DNA of 64,000 nt from Podarcis vaucheri (taxonomy: Eukaryota), in the NCBI GenBank assembly GCA_965113315.1, contig OZ220370.1. One strand, written 5' to 3'. Below are positions 11,641 through 24,144 of the stretch, piece after piece. The notes beneath the pieces are model-generated. The model made no database searches. It was not told the origin of the DNA and saw only the letters and a program-made list of their open reading frames with translations. Position 1 is the first letter of the stretch, and every line of letters begins with the position of its first letter. The translations under genes and the position numbers were made by a program.

Positions 11641-13480
11641 TTGCTTAAGCTATAAAAGACTAATCCTAACCTTAGATTAAGACATTAAATCGTTTTTTTC
11701 TACCCTTAACCAAGCTATCTTTATCACACCCAAACATGCATAAAAGAATTCAGACAGCCAAATCAAACCCAAACACCAAATCCATTACCTTTTAACGTTT
11801 TTATCCCAATGGCACAAACAGCTCTAAAGTAAGTGAACTGAGTATCTGCTTAGATTTCTAAATTTTTCCAGAGCTGACAAACAACCTCGTCGCAATGACC
11901 TTACAAAACTAGTCATGAGTAAAAGTGGAACTTGAGGGTGTGTCTCCCCCCCCATCCCTTCCCTGCCCACTAGTATCTGTGTCAGAATTCTCGTTACATC
12001 ACAATAAACACTTTGAACATATTAAAGCCTCATAAACAGCAAAACAAACACTGGGGTTTTCTGTGTAAAAAAAAAAAAGGTGCAACACTTAAGGGAACTT
12101 AATTTGCATGTATTTTTAGAAGGGACATGCCCTGTGTTTATATACACACAGCATAAAAAGACATGAGAGAGAAGCAAGGATAAAAATGGAGGCATAACGA
12201 GCGAGTGAACACAAAATATATAGCATGCTCTGTGGATGAGAGAGTAGTACCTATATAAAATGAAAAATGCCACATCATTGATTCCTGATGGAAATAAACC
12301 GAACTACTGTGTTTCAACACTGCTGCAGCACTGCAAACAGACATCTTAAAAACAAAATAATTTTAGGGGGGGTGAAAGGAAAGAGAGGGATTATCGATTA
12401 ACGCTTTGGGGGCTGGGGGTTGAAAAGGAGTCATATCCAGCACTATTCATGCCATGTAACATTCTAACAAACAATAGGTTTTTTTTAAATAGTGCAATTT
12501 GACAGTTAAATATGGGGGGGGGGGGGATTAGGTGTGAGACTACAGATCAGATGAATGAGTTCATTCATCTCAGATTTAAATGTGGAACTTAACAGGACTG
12601 TCACCCAAACCAGCCCACACTGGACTCCAAAAAGTTTTTCGAAAACGGCTTCCTGGAACTAAACAATCCATAGCCCAATTCAAGCAAGGCACCGTAGGAT
12701 GAAAACAACAGGTTATTTTTCTGTTTTACTGAAGATCCTGCTTGCAGCTAAACAACTGCTGTCAAAATTGTGCCTGCAACAAAATACTATAATATTTATT
12801 AAAATGCTTTTAAAAAGAAACTAAGTAGCTCGTAGCACTTTTTTAAAAAAATATGTGCTTGATATAGTGTTATGTTTACACATGTAATATAGCATCTGAA
12901 CTGTTTACATAACAAGGAAAGAGGGTGTTTGGGGACATGCACAATGTGCAAACATTTCATTAAAGAGAATTTCATTTAAGTACCAGCAAATTAATCCAAA
13001 CCTGAACCACCAACTGGTCCAAACTGAGGGATGCAATACTGTGGTGGTTAGCACTTTTTCATTTTCATAATATTTACCATAAAAATATAGAAACATTCCT
13101 ACAAAATGTTCATTCAGCATCCATAGAATTAAATCCTATCACATGCACAAGAAGGTACACAATATTCAAGCCCCCAAATAATACTGATGCACTCTATAGT
13201 TCAAAGACCACTGACACATTAGGGCTAGGTCTTTTGATAAAGAGATCTTCGGCATATATGTATGTCCCCTACCATAACTAGAGACACTCGAAGATCTGAA
13301 CATCTGGAATTTGGGTGGCAGAACATGGCTAGAGACTGCTGTCCGTTCTTGTATTCACTCTTCCAATTTGTCCAGTGGAGCCAGAGCTATATGACCTTCA
13401 GGGCAAAGGGAAAAACTAATCACTTTTCACACATTTTTGCCTGTGAAGGTGTCAGAAAATGTTAATTTATTTGCCTAGTG

Positions 13481-13806
13481 CAGGGGTCAGCAAACTTTTT
13501 CAACAGGGGGCTGGTCCACTGTCCCTCAGACCTTGTGGTGGACCAGACTATATTTTTTTTTGGGGGGGGGATGAATGAATTCTGATGCCCCACAAATAAC
13601 CCAAAGATACATTTTAAATAAAAGCACACATTCTACTCATCTAAAAACACCAGGCAAGCCCCACAAATAACCCAGAGATGCATTTTAAATAAAAGGACAC
13701 ATTCTACTCGTGTAAAAACACGCTGATTCCCGGACCATCCGCGGGGCCGGATTTAGAAGGCGATTGGGCCGGATCCAGCCCCCAGGCTTTAGGTTGCCTA
13801 CCCATG
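13481..13806. mobile_element. hAT (Charlie-like) MITE
   Basis: CAGGGGTCAGCAAACT ... GGTTGCCTACCCATG; perfect 8-bp TSD GCCTAGTG (13473-13480 / 13807-13814); internal ~70-bp tandem duplication. Confidence 0.92.
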
Positions 13807-16800
13807 GCCTAGTGTAAGACATTTTGTGTCTATCGGGGCCAAAACAACAGCCCTAGATGTTAACCAGTCTGTTTTGCACATAAGCCAAACGACTCTTTTC
13901 AAAACAGACTTGTGAAACAAACTTATAGACATATTTCTAGAGAATTACTAATGTGGGCCATTTTCTGTAAAACGCCCCCTTTTTACAGATAACTGCCGAC
14001 AGCTCTGCCTCATTGCTTGTGCGGCATTTCTGTGATGTGGAAAAGGATGCACTTACAACAGTAGATGAGAGAAGCACAAGTTGCTGAAAAAACCACATCA
14101 TATATGAACATATAAAGGCCAGAATAGTGTGCAGGTACTTTGTGTACATATAAGAAAGGAACATATACACACACTTTGTGCTGTATCATGTATCATACCG
14201 GCAGTGATTTTAAAACATCTCCTGTTCTATAGGTCTCATATATTCAGATATTTACGCTCCCCGTTTTAGAGCAATGCTATTGCCAACTGCCAAGCGGGGG
14301 GGAAGTACACAAATCAAAATATGTTACCTTTGTTCAAACAATACTGCTGTTCATTATATAATAGAAACTGTCATACCTAATCTCTCAGGAACCTAGAAAT
14401 AGTAGATTGTTGGGCCAGAGGTGATTTAAAATGGTTTGAGGCAAAACTGAAACATAGCATTTAAGTAAATCTTGCACAGGAACATAAGCACAATTGATGA
14501 ACTTTTTGTATCATCTTCCACGTATATGAACTATCCAACACCGGGAAGACACAAGCGTTGTATATCCTACATGCCTTGAGGAAGGTGTGTTTTCCAATCC
14601 CTCCTGTTATCGAAGTGATGAATTTAAGTAACATTTAAAAAGAGAATTGGTGGAGAGTAACGACACTCAGTATTCAGCCTACTTGGAAGAACTCCCAGTT
14701 AAATTCTATTAAAATCTGTATGCAAAATGTTTCTACACTACACTATTTCAAGATTACAGCATAAATTTGTTTGATATTATCTACAATTGCGTGATAGGCA
14801 CCGATTTGGGAATTGGAGTGCTTCCCAGTTTTAATTGGTAAAAAGAGATGCAAAACCAGATCATAATAAACATAACTGCTGCAGATTTGTGTGTGGAAAA
14901 AAATTGATTTAAATACAGAGAAGTACTGGATACCGAGAAAATTTATATAAAGCCTGATCTACAAATCAGTTAACGTGAAATGCTAAAATTAAAGCAGTTT
15001 TGCCTCACTGCCTTCAATGAGAGTGTATCAACTTAAATCATATACTTCATTACAAGTGCCTTGCCGATCCTGCTGTTATTATATATAAAATATATTAACA
15101 AAGAGTTGAATGTCTGCACTTCCATCTCATAGGAGTGGGTGATCAAAGGTTAATAACCATCTAAATTTATTTTATAGCCTAAAAGTAGTTGTACCAGCTT
15201 CCCCCACAAAAAAACCCTACATGTCAATCCTAAAATCAATATGAAGCTCTACTCACATGAGAATGAGTTTTCCCCCAAATGAGAATTAACATAAGCAGCC
15301 CAACAAAAGCCTTCTACAAATGAGAATATTCTCGAATAGAAAGTCGCAGAAATTAAAGTTCAAGAGCAAAACTAGGGTTAGAACTCCAGGGAGAGCTGAC
15401 ATTTTAAAAAGCAGTGCCATGAATTATAGCTCTCTACTTCTGGGTGGGGTACCCATCAAATGGGTGGAGTGCCTCCCCTAAAGGAAGGAAAAACTGGCAC
15501 ACACTAACTTGGCCTTTTGAAAGATTTTCTAATTTGCCAACAAATGAAGTCTCGCACCAACTTCACCCATGAAGCCTCTTGCCTAATCCAGTTGCAGACA
15601 AGATAGCTCAGGCTGGTGTGAAAAGCCCAACTGGGAGAATGGAAAGAGGAAACGTGATTGTGGAAGATGATAAAGCAAATAGGTTTTTAAAACCCCAACT
15701 TTTTTTTAAAAAAAAAAGTTAAATTACTGTCTTATGCAGCGTATGTTAATGGTCGACTGTTTCCTGTCTCAGTAGTTGTTCGACTTTCAAAAGAAGTTTA
15801 AAATAAGTAGCAACTTGGGGGGTGGGGAGAAAATGAATCAATTTATTTTAAATTGTGCTTGGTTGTTTTGGAACAGGCTGGTCACCCCTTTTGCCCATGC
15901 AGTTGTTTTTTCCATTGTCCTCCTCACATGTTTCTTGCTGTAGAATAACAGGTGTAAATTATTCTTTGACGTTGCTTAAAAGAAGAAGTAGTAGTACTAA
16001 ACGGCCTGAGAGTAGCGATTATTAACTGAAATTAATACAGATTGATTAAAGAGGAGGGGCGAAAAGAGCCGTAACATTTTTAAAAAACTTTGTGGGGACA
16101 CTTTCCTTTTTCTCAGCCAGTCTGAAGTTAGCATAACCTAAATTGCACCAGCATTCACAAAACGCATTCGGAGAAACGCAGCAAAGCTCAGCAGGAATGA
16201 TTTTTTTTATTAAGAAAGAAAAAAAAACAAGAATAAAAATAGCTGCATCAACAGGGTCTTTCTTCTTCAGGCTTCAAGCCCGGTTTTACTTGAGTTCTTT
16301 TTTAAAAATGGCAGTTAGGCCACTAAAACCAATCCAGAACATTATTAAAAGTTAAAAGCTACCAATTACTTCTGTCTGTTCTTTTAAAGCAAAGTTTGGC
16401 ATTACGTCAGTCGGTTTAAAGAAAACAAGAAAAAGAGGGAGAGAGCGCGTGCAAGAAAAGAGGGAGAGAAAGTTTCCTTCTTGAATAAATAAAACCACCA
16501 GGGGAAGGTGTCTAGCTTCTTGTAAAGGGTTTATAGCACTTTTTAAAAGAGCTAGGTACATTTTGAAAAATTAAAATATTTTTATCAACTAAATTTTGGG
16601 AGGGAAAGTAAACGTTAATCTGGTTTTGGGAGGGGGCAAAAAGTAATGGGAGAGGAAATCTTATTGATTTGCCTACAGTTTTGGAACTGGAGTATGTCTG
16701 TGCAAACACACAAAAAAACACTGATTGAATAGAACACGCAAGGAAAACCTCAGCACAGTTCATTTCCCCCCAATGGAAAGCGGTTGTTAGAATTTTACTT

Positions 16801-16936
16801 AAAACGTATCTCAACCGCTTAATATTTCAAAATCCCTAAGTGGCATGCAAAGAAATCTAACACATAACAGTATGACAGTATCATAAAAACAGAGGTACAA
16901 GCATAAAAACGGTCAAACAGTAATGTGAAGTAGTTT

Positions 16937-16937
<1 letters not shown>

Positions 16938-17009
<72 letters not shown>

Positions 17010-17010
17010 C
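16938..17010. repeat. Compound microsatellite (TAA)n(CAA)n
   Basis: Directly visible; explains the poly-Leu ORF 16881..17069. Confidence 0.97.
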
Positions 17011-17054
17011 CCAACAGAAATCCAGTAATAAAAAGGTCCAGTCTTACGGGTCAA

Positions 17055-17265
17055 AGACAGCCTGGGCAAAAAGATATGCCTTCACAAGAAGTCTGAAGGA
17101 ACTGATGGATGACGCTTCACATACGGCAGAGGGAAGGGGCAATGGCAGAAATCACCCTTTTTGGGATTACCATCCTGTGATATTATGTCGGCTGCAGTGT
17201 CACAAGCAGACTTTCCCCAGATGATCTTAAATGATCAGTTTAGCAAGGAACACGCAGCCCTCCCA
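17055..17265 (-). mobile_element. Old L2 LINE 3' remnant
   Basis: GCCTGGGCAAAAAGATATGCCTTCAC...GAGGGAAGG...CCCCAGATGATCTTAA resembles the L2 ORF2 end seen at 51850-52100. Confidence 0.45.
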
Positions 17266-18259
17266 CGTTCCACATGCGTGCCTTGGAGTTTGTGCATGCA
17301 TGTGTCTCCTTTCGGTTATCAATACTAACAAATGACATTCTTCAGGCAGGCTATTTTATGGGATGATTCACATCCTAGAACATACCCAACTCCGATGGGG
17401 AAATTATGCGACACTACAAAGCGCATTTTTGTTGAGCCATACGGAAAACCATGCTGAATTTGGGGCACGTGGTGAGGAAAGTCTCTTTAACATGTTATTC
17501 TCCCTCGCACACACAACATTGCCCCCATGTAACTTTATAAGCTAGCCACCATTTTTATGGACATCTCAGTGATTCATTCACACACAGAGACTACGGAAGA
17601 AGCTGCAAACCAGGCAACTGAACTAGTGGGAATGCGCAAGTGATGTTCAGGTGAGTGAGGCTTTCCAAATGATTCCAGGAACAATTGCTAACGATTTACA
17701 GGGTTCCCCCCACTCACACACACATACACACCAAGAAAAGAAATTCATATTCAATATCCCCGTGGAATACTGCCCAGTCGCACACTTCCCTTTAATTTTT
17801 CCGGCTGAAAAGTGGGGCATCGGGCCACACAGTTGCAAGCTATAACTGTAGACTATAATTTTAAATAATAGTTGGGGGAAACTTTTAGGACAACCATTGC
17901 TGCAGGCCGCTGACACCAACTTCCACAAACCCTTCTAAATAGATAGCTCCAAAGACACTTATATAAAGTAATGTGGATGTAAATCTAAAATTAAAACCCA
18001 GTTACACCTTTGGTAAATATTTAGAATACAGTGATTTAACTGTTTTAATAAACTGTAATGTGCCCACTATAAACTGGATCCCTGACTCACTTATTTGAAC
18101 TAATAGAGTCCCATGTGCATTAATATACTCTACAATCATAAAGAATGGTATAAGATTATTCAGGTTTTTCAACAGAATTGGGATTAAACTGGTTTAAATT
18201 CAGCCATTTCAAATCTAGGTGAATTATGCAGATAATGAATCACTGCACTAGGATTTCTG

Positions 18260-18490
18260 GCACAATAAACCTAGCATAGGTTTACTCTAAAGGAAGCTCC
18301 ACTGCATTCAATGGGGGATAATGCAATGCACATTTAACTGGGAGTAACTCCCATTGAACTTTATAGGACTTACTTCTGAGGAGACATACCTAGGTCTATG
18401 CTGTCAGGCTGAAATCTTATGCAGTTACCAGGAAAAGTTCCATTAAACTAAACCTTGTATCTGAGTAAACATGCATAGCATTGTGCTCTT
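18260..18490. repeat. Array of ~3 short palindromic (~90 bp) MITE-like elements
   Basis: Units of the type CTGGGAGTAACTCCCATTGAAC...GGACTTACTTCTGAG...CATGCATAGCATTG. Other copies at ~1610-1695, 7550-7622, 9552-9637, 20408-20490, 30580-30670, 61998-62172. Confidence 0.7.
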
Positions 18491-21400
18491 AATCCTATTG
18501 AAGTTAATGGAACAGCTTTCCTTGCTTGTACGCACTTTTTTCAAAAGTTGTCAAAAGTCAATAAAACTAAACAACAATTGGGTTTCCTTCTCATCTTCCA
18601 TTAAATTGAAAGTAATCACAGAACTATCAAAATTTGGGTGGAGGTTTTAAACTGTCACAGCTAAGTCATAACTCTGTTGTAACAATATATAAGGAGGAAG
18701 TTCAGAAAGCATAATACAGATTTTAAAAATATCCCCCTTTTAAAAGTGTGTGTGCACGTACACTCACAGCTTAGAATAAAACGTATATTTAGGAACAGAC
18801 AAATATCAATACCTTATTCAGTGGTATTAATAAGAAAAACCGTAATTATTAGCTGTTAAGAGAGTCGAATCAGTGGATCAATCAAGTGAAGGTTAAGTTG
18901 ATTAACTGATATCGTGATGCATTAAATCTGTGGGGCTGAAAATTGTTTTTGTTTGTTTTAATCCTGCTTTCACTATGCTACTGAAATAAGAAATGAAAAG
19001 GAAAATATTAAAGATGATCCTTCTTTCTAACAAGTGGAAGCTGTCTTCCAACATATCAGAAAATTGCAAATATGCAGGTGTCTTGGAAATATGCAACTGT
19101 TAACCAAAGAGTTAACTAATCAGTTAAAAGGTAGATAATTAATCACATGAAATTATTTAGCTGACTGACAGCAATACTAATAGTTGATAATAGCTACCAA
19201 CACCTGAAAAAGGCAACCCCTAGACTTCCATTTAACCTGAGAACCTCAAAAGGTTGAAACTCACCAACAAAGACTTTCCTGTGTTTTTAGAGGGGCGGGG
19301 GCGGGAAATACAGTTGTATATTTGAATTACTCACGTTGTGAATTGCGAGGTGCAATACTTGGGACAGAAAACTCTGCATTTATGGTTACCCAATACTGCC
19401 AAAAATACAAATCTAAACTACCTTACTAGTTGTCTTGAGGAAACTAAATTAAGCAAAGGCAAACAGCAAATGGAAAGTTGTCAGTCTGCTGGAATGAATA
19501 GCTTCATTTTACACACAAACCAAAAATCTGAATATCAGAATATATCGCTGTCCAGAGCCAATGCTTTAACCAACAGCCTGATCCCAAAAACATTACGGCA
19601 AAAGTTACGTTTCACTGAATTCGGTGTGGAACTTAAATCCACCCATGACCATAGCCCACAGGTTTGTTACAAGAGAAAGCACATTGAAAACGTCACCAAT
19701 TCCCACTTGGTTTATCTGTAAACAGAGAATTACTTTTTTTCAGATTCCCAACCTGACATGTTAGAATACGTTTAACTATGAACTTCCATGAATATTTTGC
19801 CATAAACTTTTAAACAACGTTTAGTTTGGTGCATTCAGAAACGACAATTGAGATTGTCAACTGTAGCTACAGGTAAGATCTGTAGCTACGCAAATAAAGT
19901 CTATTGATTGATTATTACTTAAGAATTGTCAAATATCGATAGGTCAACAGTATATATATCCAAACACATACAAAACAAACTCTGAAGCTTTCACTGGTTA
20001 TTCCGTGCAAAAGTAATGGTGATACCCATGCTTTTCACTTTCATCAATATTTTTAAAGAAACTTTTGAAATTATTAACTTGTGCACACTTCTACCTTTCA
20101 TAAGGTGAAGGTCACTTTCAAATGGCCACACAAAGCATAGAATCATAGATAGCAAACTATCTTTGAACCACAAGAGCAAGAAGGAAGTAGTCATTGAGAC
20201 CTTAAGGACTGAAAAACTTAAGACACTCCTTAATGGTTTCAATCAACAAAATATTGTCTGAATGCTGAAATCTAATGAGCAGCCACTGTCAGAAGCTCTT
20301 CAACAATTTTGCTTTTACTGTCTTTAATGAGCAGAGCTGCAGCACGCAAGCGGTCTATATGTATACAGGCACATTCTTCAAGCACAGCAGATATGGTACA
20401 TTCATTAAGGCTGAAACACTGCACATTTACTTTGAAGTAAATCAGTAAACTCAGTGGAACTTACTTAGACTCTTAGAACTTCATAGGAATAAACAAAATA
20501 ATTAAGTACCTCGTGCTGATACACACACACGTTAAAATAACAGTGTTATTTACAGTTAGAAACTATACACAGTGCTATTCCACAAATACTTGGAAAAGCT
20601 ATTGTTTCCTTTATGAGATAAAGGCATTTTTAAAAGGCATTCTAAGGAAAGTAATGGCTAAACTGGCTCACTGAAGCCTTAGATCAGAGTTCTGCAAGTG
20701 CTTACTTTGAGCAAGGAATTTGAATGTCATCAAACTACTCTAGAGCAAATCCTTGCCATAACAGCTTATACTTCACAAATGAAAACATATATGTTGAGGC
20801 TCAAACACCTCAAAACTATACCTGCAAGGTTTTTAGTGGGGGCAATTACGATGCGATACCTTTATAAGAATAAGATCTACCATTTGATTATTGATTTAAA
20901 CCTCCAAAATGTATTTTGTGTAGTGAAGTTTTTAGCTCTGTCTTCAGTATATTTTATTGCTATCTGATCTACCTGAGATCACCTCCTAATCCAAGAAATG
21001 TAGTCTGAAAATTACCAGAAAACTATCACAAGCTGGCTTTAAGATATATCTTTAAAAAAAAACAGTCTCCCTAAAAGGTGATGTTATATTCTTATTACTA
21101 TTGTCCACAACACCCAGAAGTAGCATAGTAAGCTGAGGACTACATTTCCTCCTCTTGGAGACAGCTCTAAACTTAATCATCTCCCTTTTGATTACGAATA
21201 TGGCACTGATGGTTTTGAGGATTTCTATGAAGCTAATGGTTGGTGATGTGTCCTCTATAATACACAGCTTAACCAACTTTTACATCTTTTTAAAAAGAAG
21301 GAAACAGAAAGGCCTTTATGTCTTCTTTTAAAGCGGGGAAAGTGAAGTGCTCCATTTGTTTGGATTAGCTATATTTGTAACAAACTTTCACTACAGTTGT

Positions 21401-23119
21401 AAAAAAAAAACCAAAAAAAAAACCCCTTGCAAAATGTTGATATCATTTCCAGACGGCTTTGTCAGCTTCACGATTTACAGGAAATAGTTGGTGTTCTCAT
21501 GAAAGCCCTGCATTTACATCCATGAGCAATGGGACTTGTAAAAAAAAAAAGTTTGTTTTTTTAAAATTAAAAAACAAATCTTCCTTTAGAGTTTGCTTTT
21601 CCTAAGATTCTAATTTGTCACTCTGGTGAAAATGCTTGAAAAGCTTTCTCACCTAATGGACTATTGTGAAGATGAGGACAAGCTGCGCCTTCTCTTCAGA
21701 AAGGACAACTGTAAACTTAATTCCTTGTTTGTCCCATTCAGGAACTAACTTTTACCAATGAATTGCACTTTACCATTTGTAACACTTGCCTTTTGTGTGT
21801 GTGTGTAATATTTAAAACCACGAATGCCAAGAGAAGAGCAAATGAACTCTTCCAACAGCAACGTAGTGGAAGAGTCTGTTAAATATGTTTAAATAAAAAG
21901 GAAGAAGAAAACGCAAGTCCCACCCAAAAGTCTGGATTCCCATCCTATCATTATTATTTACTATGATCCTTAGCAAGCAGGAGCATTCACAAGGAGCTCA
22001 CGTATTCACACACAAAATAGCTGTCCACTAGAATGTTGATTCCCCAATTCCCACTTGCACTTTTTCCTCAACTGTATTTTTTCCAACTTTGTTACAGTAC
22101 TTCCTGCTCATTGGCAAAAGGATGAATGGAAAGAAGGTTCCTTATGAGTCCTCGTGTTTACTCCATCACTTGGCCTCTGACTTTCTTTTTCTTTTTCTTT
22201 CCTTCCTTCTCTTTCAGTCAATGAAATTTAGAAGGTTGACATTTGCGGATTGGGGAAAAAACATAGCAACTTACATTGATATGTACGTACTTTGGTTCTC
22301 TCAATCTTTTTTAAAAAAAGTTGCTAAAGGCACCGAAGCCTTAAATAACACATTGTTTACCGGAAAGTGGTTTAAAATAAAAATAAAAGGAATGCACTAA
22401 CTCAAACCTACCGAAACATCAGAGGAAAATTCTCCTGAACAACAGAGCACAAGTCGACCCTGGGAAGTGCTAGTGAAATCTAGCAAGCGTCCCTTTATGA
22501 TCAAAGGCAGAGATTAGAGAAAGGGAGGGGGAAAGACCTATGGGGTAGAAAGTGTCAAGTTTGCACAGTACCCCTTAACCCCCCCCCCAAAAAAAGGGGG
22601 GGCCGAGAGCTTCTTCCTGGAGCTTTTAATAACAAACCATCCCACTTGCCCTCCCCTCGGTATGTTTATCCCAAGTTACTATCAGCACAACTGCAATCTT
22701 TCCTTCTTAAAGTATTAGGAAGTTTCCACCTCTCCATTCATTCAGTCCTTGGGTGGGGGGAAAATCTGCCACATGGATCTCAAGTGTAAGCAAATTATTG
22801 CTGCGGGGGGGGGGTCTGAAAATTAAACGAAGTAACTTGTAGGAACTCAGAGAGCTGAACAGGGGTCCTGGCCTTTCAAGGGAAAAAGTTTTAAACTCAT
22901 TTAAAAGATGCCGTCCCTACCACCACCACCACATCACCTTTTCTTTTGCTGGGGGGTGTCGGTGGTAAGAGACCAGGAGAGAGTGCTCCCCTTCCCCATC
23001 TCCTAAACGCATAACGCAACACCCATCACACTTCTCTCCCCATCCACCAAGTTACACACACATAACGCAAAAAATAATAATAATAAAGTTTCCTCCCTCC
23101 CCCCCCACCCCGAACTTAC

Positions 23120-23129
23120 TACTTTTCAT
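23120..23129 (-). CDS. TRPS1: Coding end of alternative TRPS1 first exon: ATG AAA AGT A| (M-K-S-[N]), phase-1 donor
   Basis: Minus strand GAGACCATC ATG AAA AGT A|GTAAGT, with A at -3 and a consensus donor. The 10-nt phase-1 piece parallels the mammalian MQSN-MVRKK isoform as I recall it. The 5' boundary of the exon cannot be determined. Confidence 0.65.
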
Positions 23130-24144
23130 GATGGTCTCCCTCTTGAAAGTGGATTTTTGTCACAGTCCCCATTCTTCCCTTTTCTTCTATCCTTCTAAAA
23201 GAAAGCAATTTCCTCTGGGAACAAATCACAAAGGTGCCAAAACTCTGGAGGGTCTCTGCACTCTCTCTGGGTGCAAGATTGGCAAAACTTTTCTTTTTAA
23301 GAATATCTCTGGGCTTTCTTCTTCTCCTCCAGCCCTCCTTTCCTTTCCTACATTTGAGGGGGGGGGGTTGGAGGAATTAAATCAAAGCTATGCACGTAGG
23401 AAGGGAGGGGAGTCAGGAAAGACACCGGCAGCTTTAGAAGTTCTTTTCGGGTGGGGGGCGGGAGAGAGGGAGCGCAAGGGGGAAGGGCTTCCCTTTTTTC
23501 CCCCTTCTCTCCTCGGCTGCTGAACTTGACCCCCGCTGACTCCACCACCAACAGGGCTACTGCAAGTTTTCAAGTCGCCCATTTCCCAAGCATCAACACA
23601 TGGTTTTGACCCACAAAAGCCAGGCCAAGCAGAGAGGGAGGGAGGTTTTATTTTTTTAAAAAAATGCAAAAAATATTTTTATATTAAAAAAAAACCTCCA
23701 TGCACTTCTACTTCTTCTTTTGCACTATTTTACAACACCCCTTCTTTACAACACCACCAAACTCGCCCCCCTCTTTCCAACGCACCCTGGATTCGGAGCT
23801 CTGATTTCTCATTGCGCACGCAGACATAACGCACACGCGATATACCATTTGGAGAATATCCTTTTTTATATATATATAAATAAATAAATTAAGAAAAACC
23901 AGAGTCACATACGCAGTGATCGCCAGAAGCAGGAAAGGATTTGCGCGCAACCGGCCCCCCACTCCCCTCCCCTCGTCTTCCTCCTCCCCCCCACCTCCGA
24001 TCTCCACCTCTCCTGCCCTCCCCAACAAACCACACACACACACAAAACACAGCCCCTGATGTTGTTCTTTTCCAAACCAGCCCCCCACCTCCCCACAGGC
24101 CCGGTTCTTTAACATCTCCCACCGCCGCCGCCACCACCACTTAC

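Larger units (their letters stand above)
1..23119 (-). other. TRPS1: TRPS1 intron 1 (continues beyond window start)
   Basis: Lies downstream of both donors. I found no TRPS1 exon 2/3 sequence (MPYEVNAG / MVRKKNPP) on the minus strand. Confidence 0.7.

Noticed and set aside
16881-17069. Poly-Leu ORF
   Set aside because: Translation of the (TAA)n(CAA)n microsatellite.
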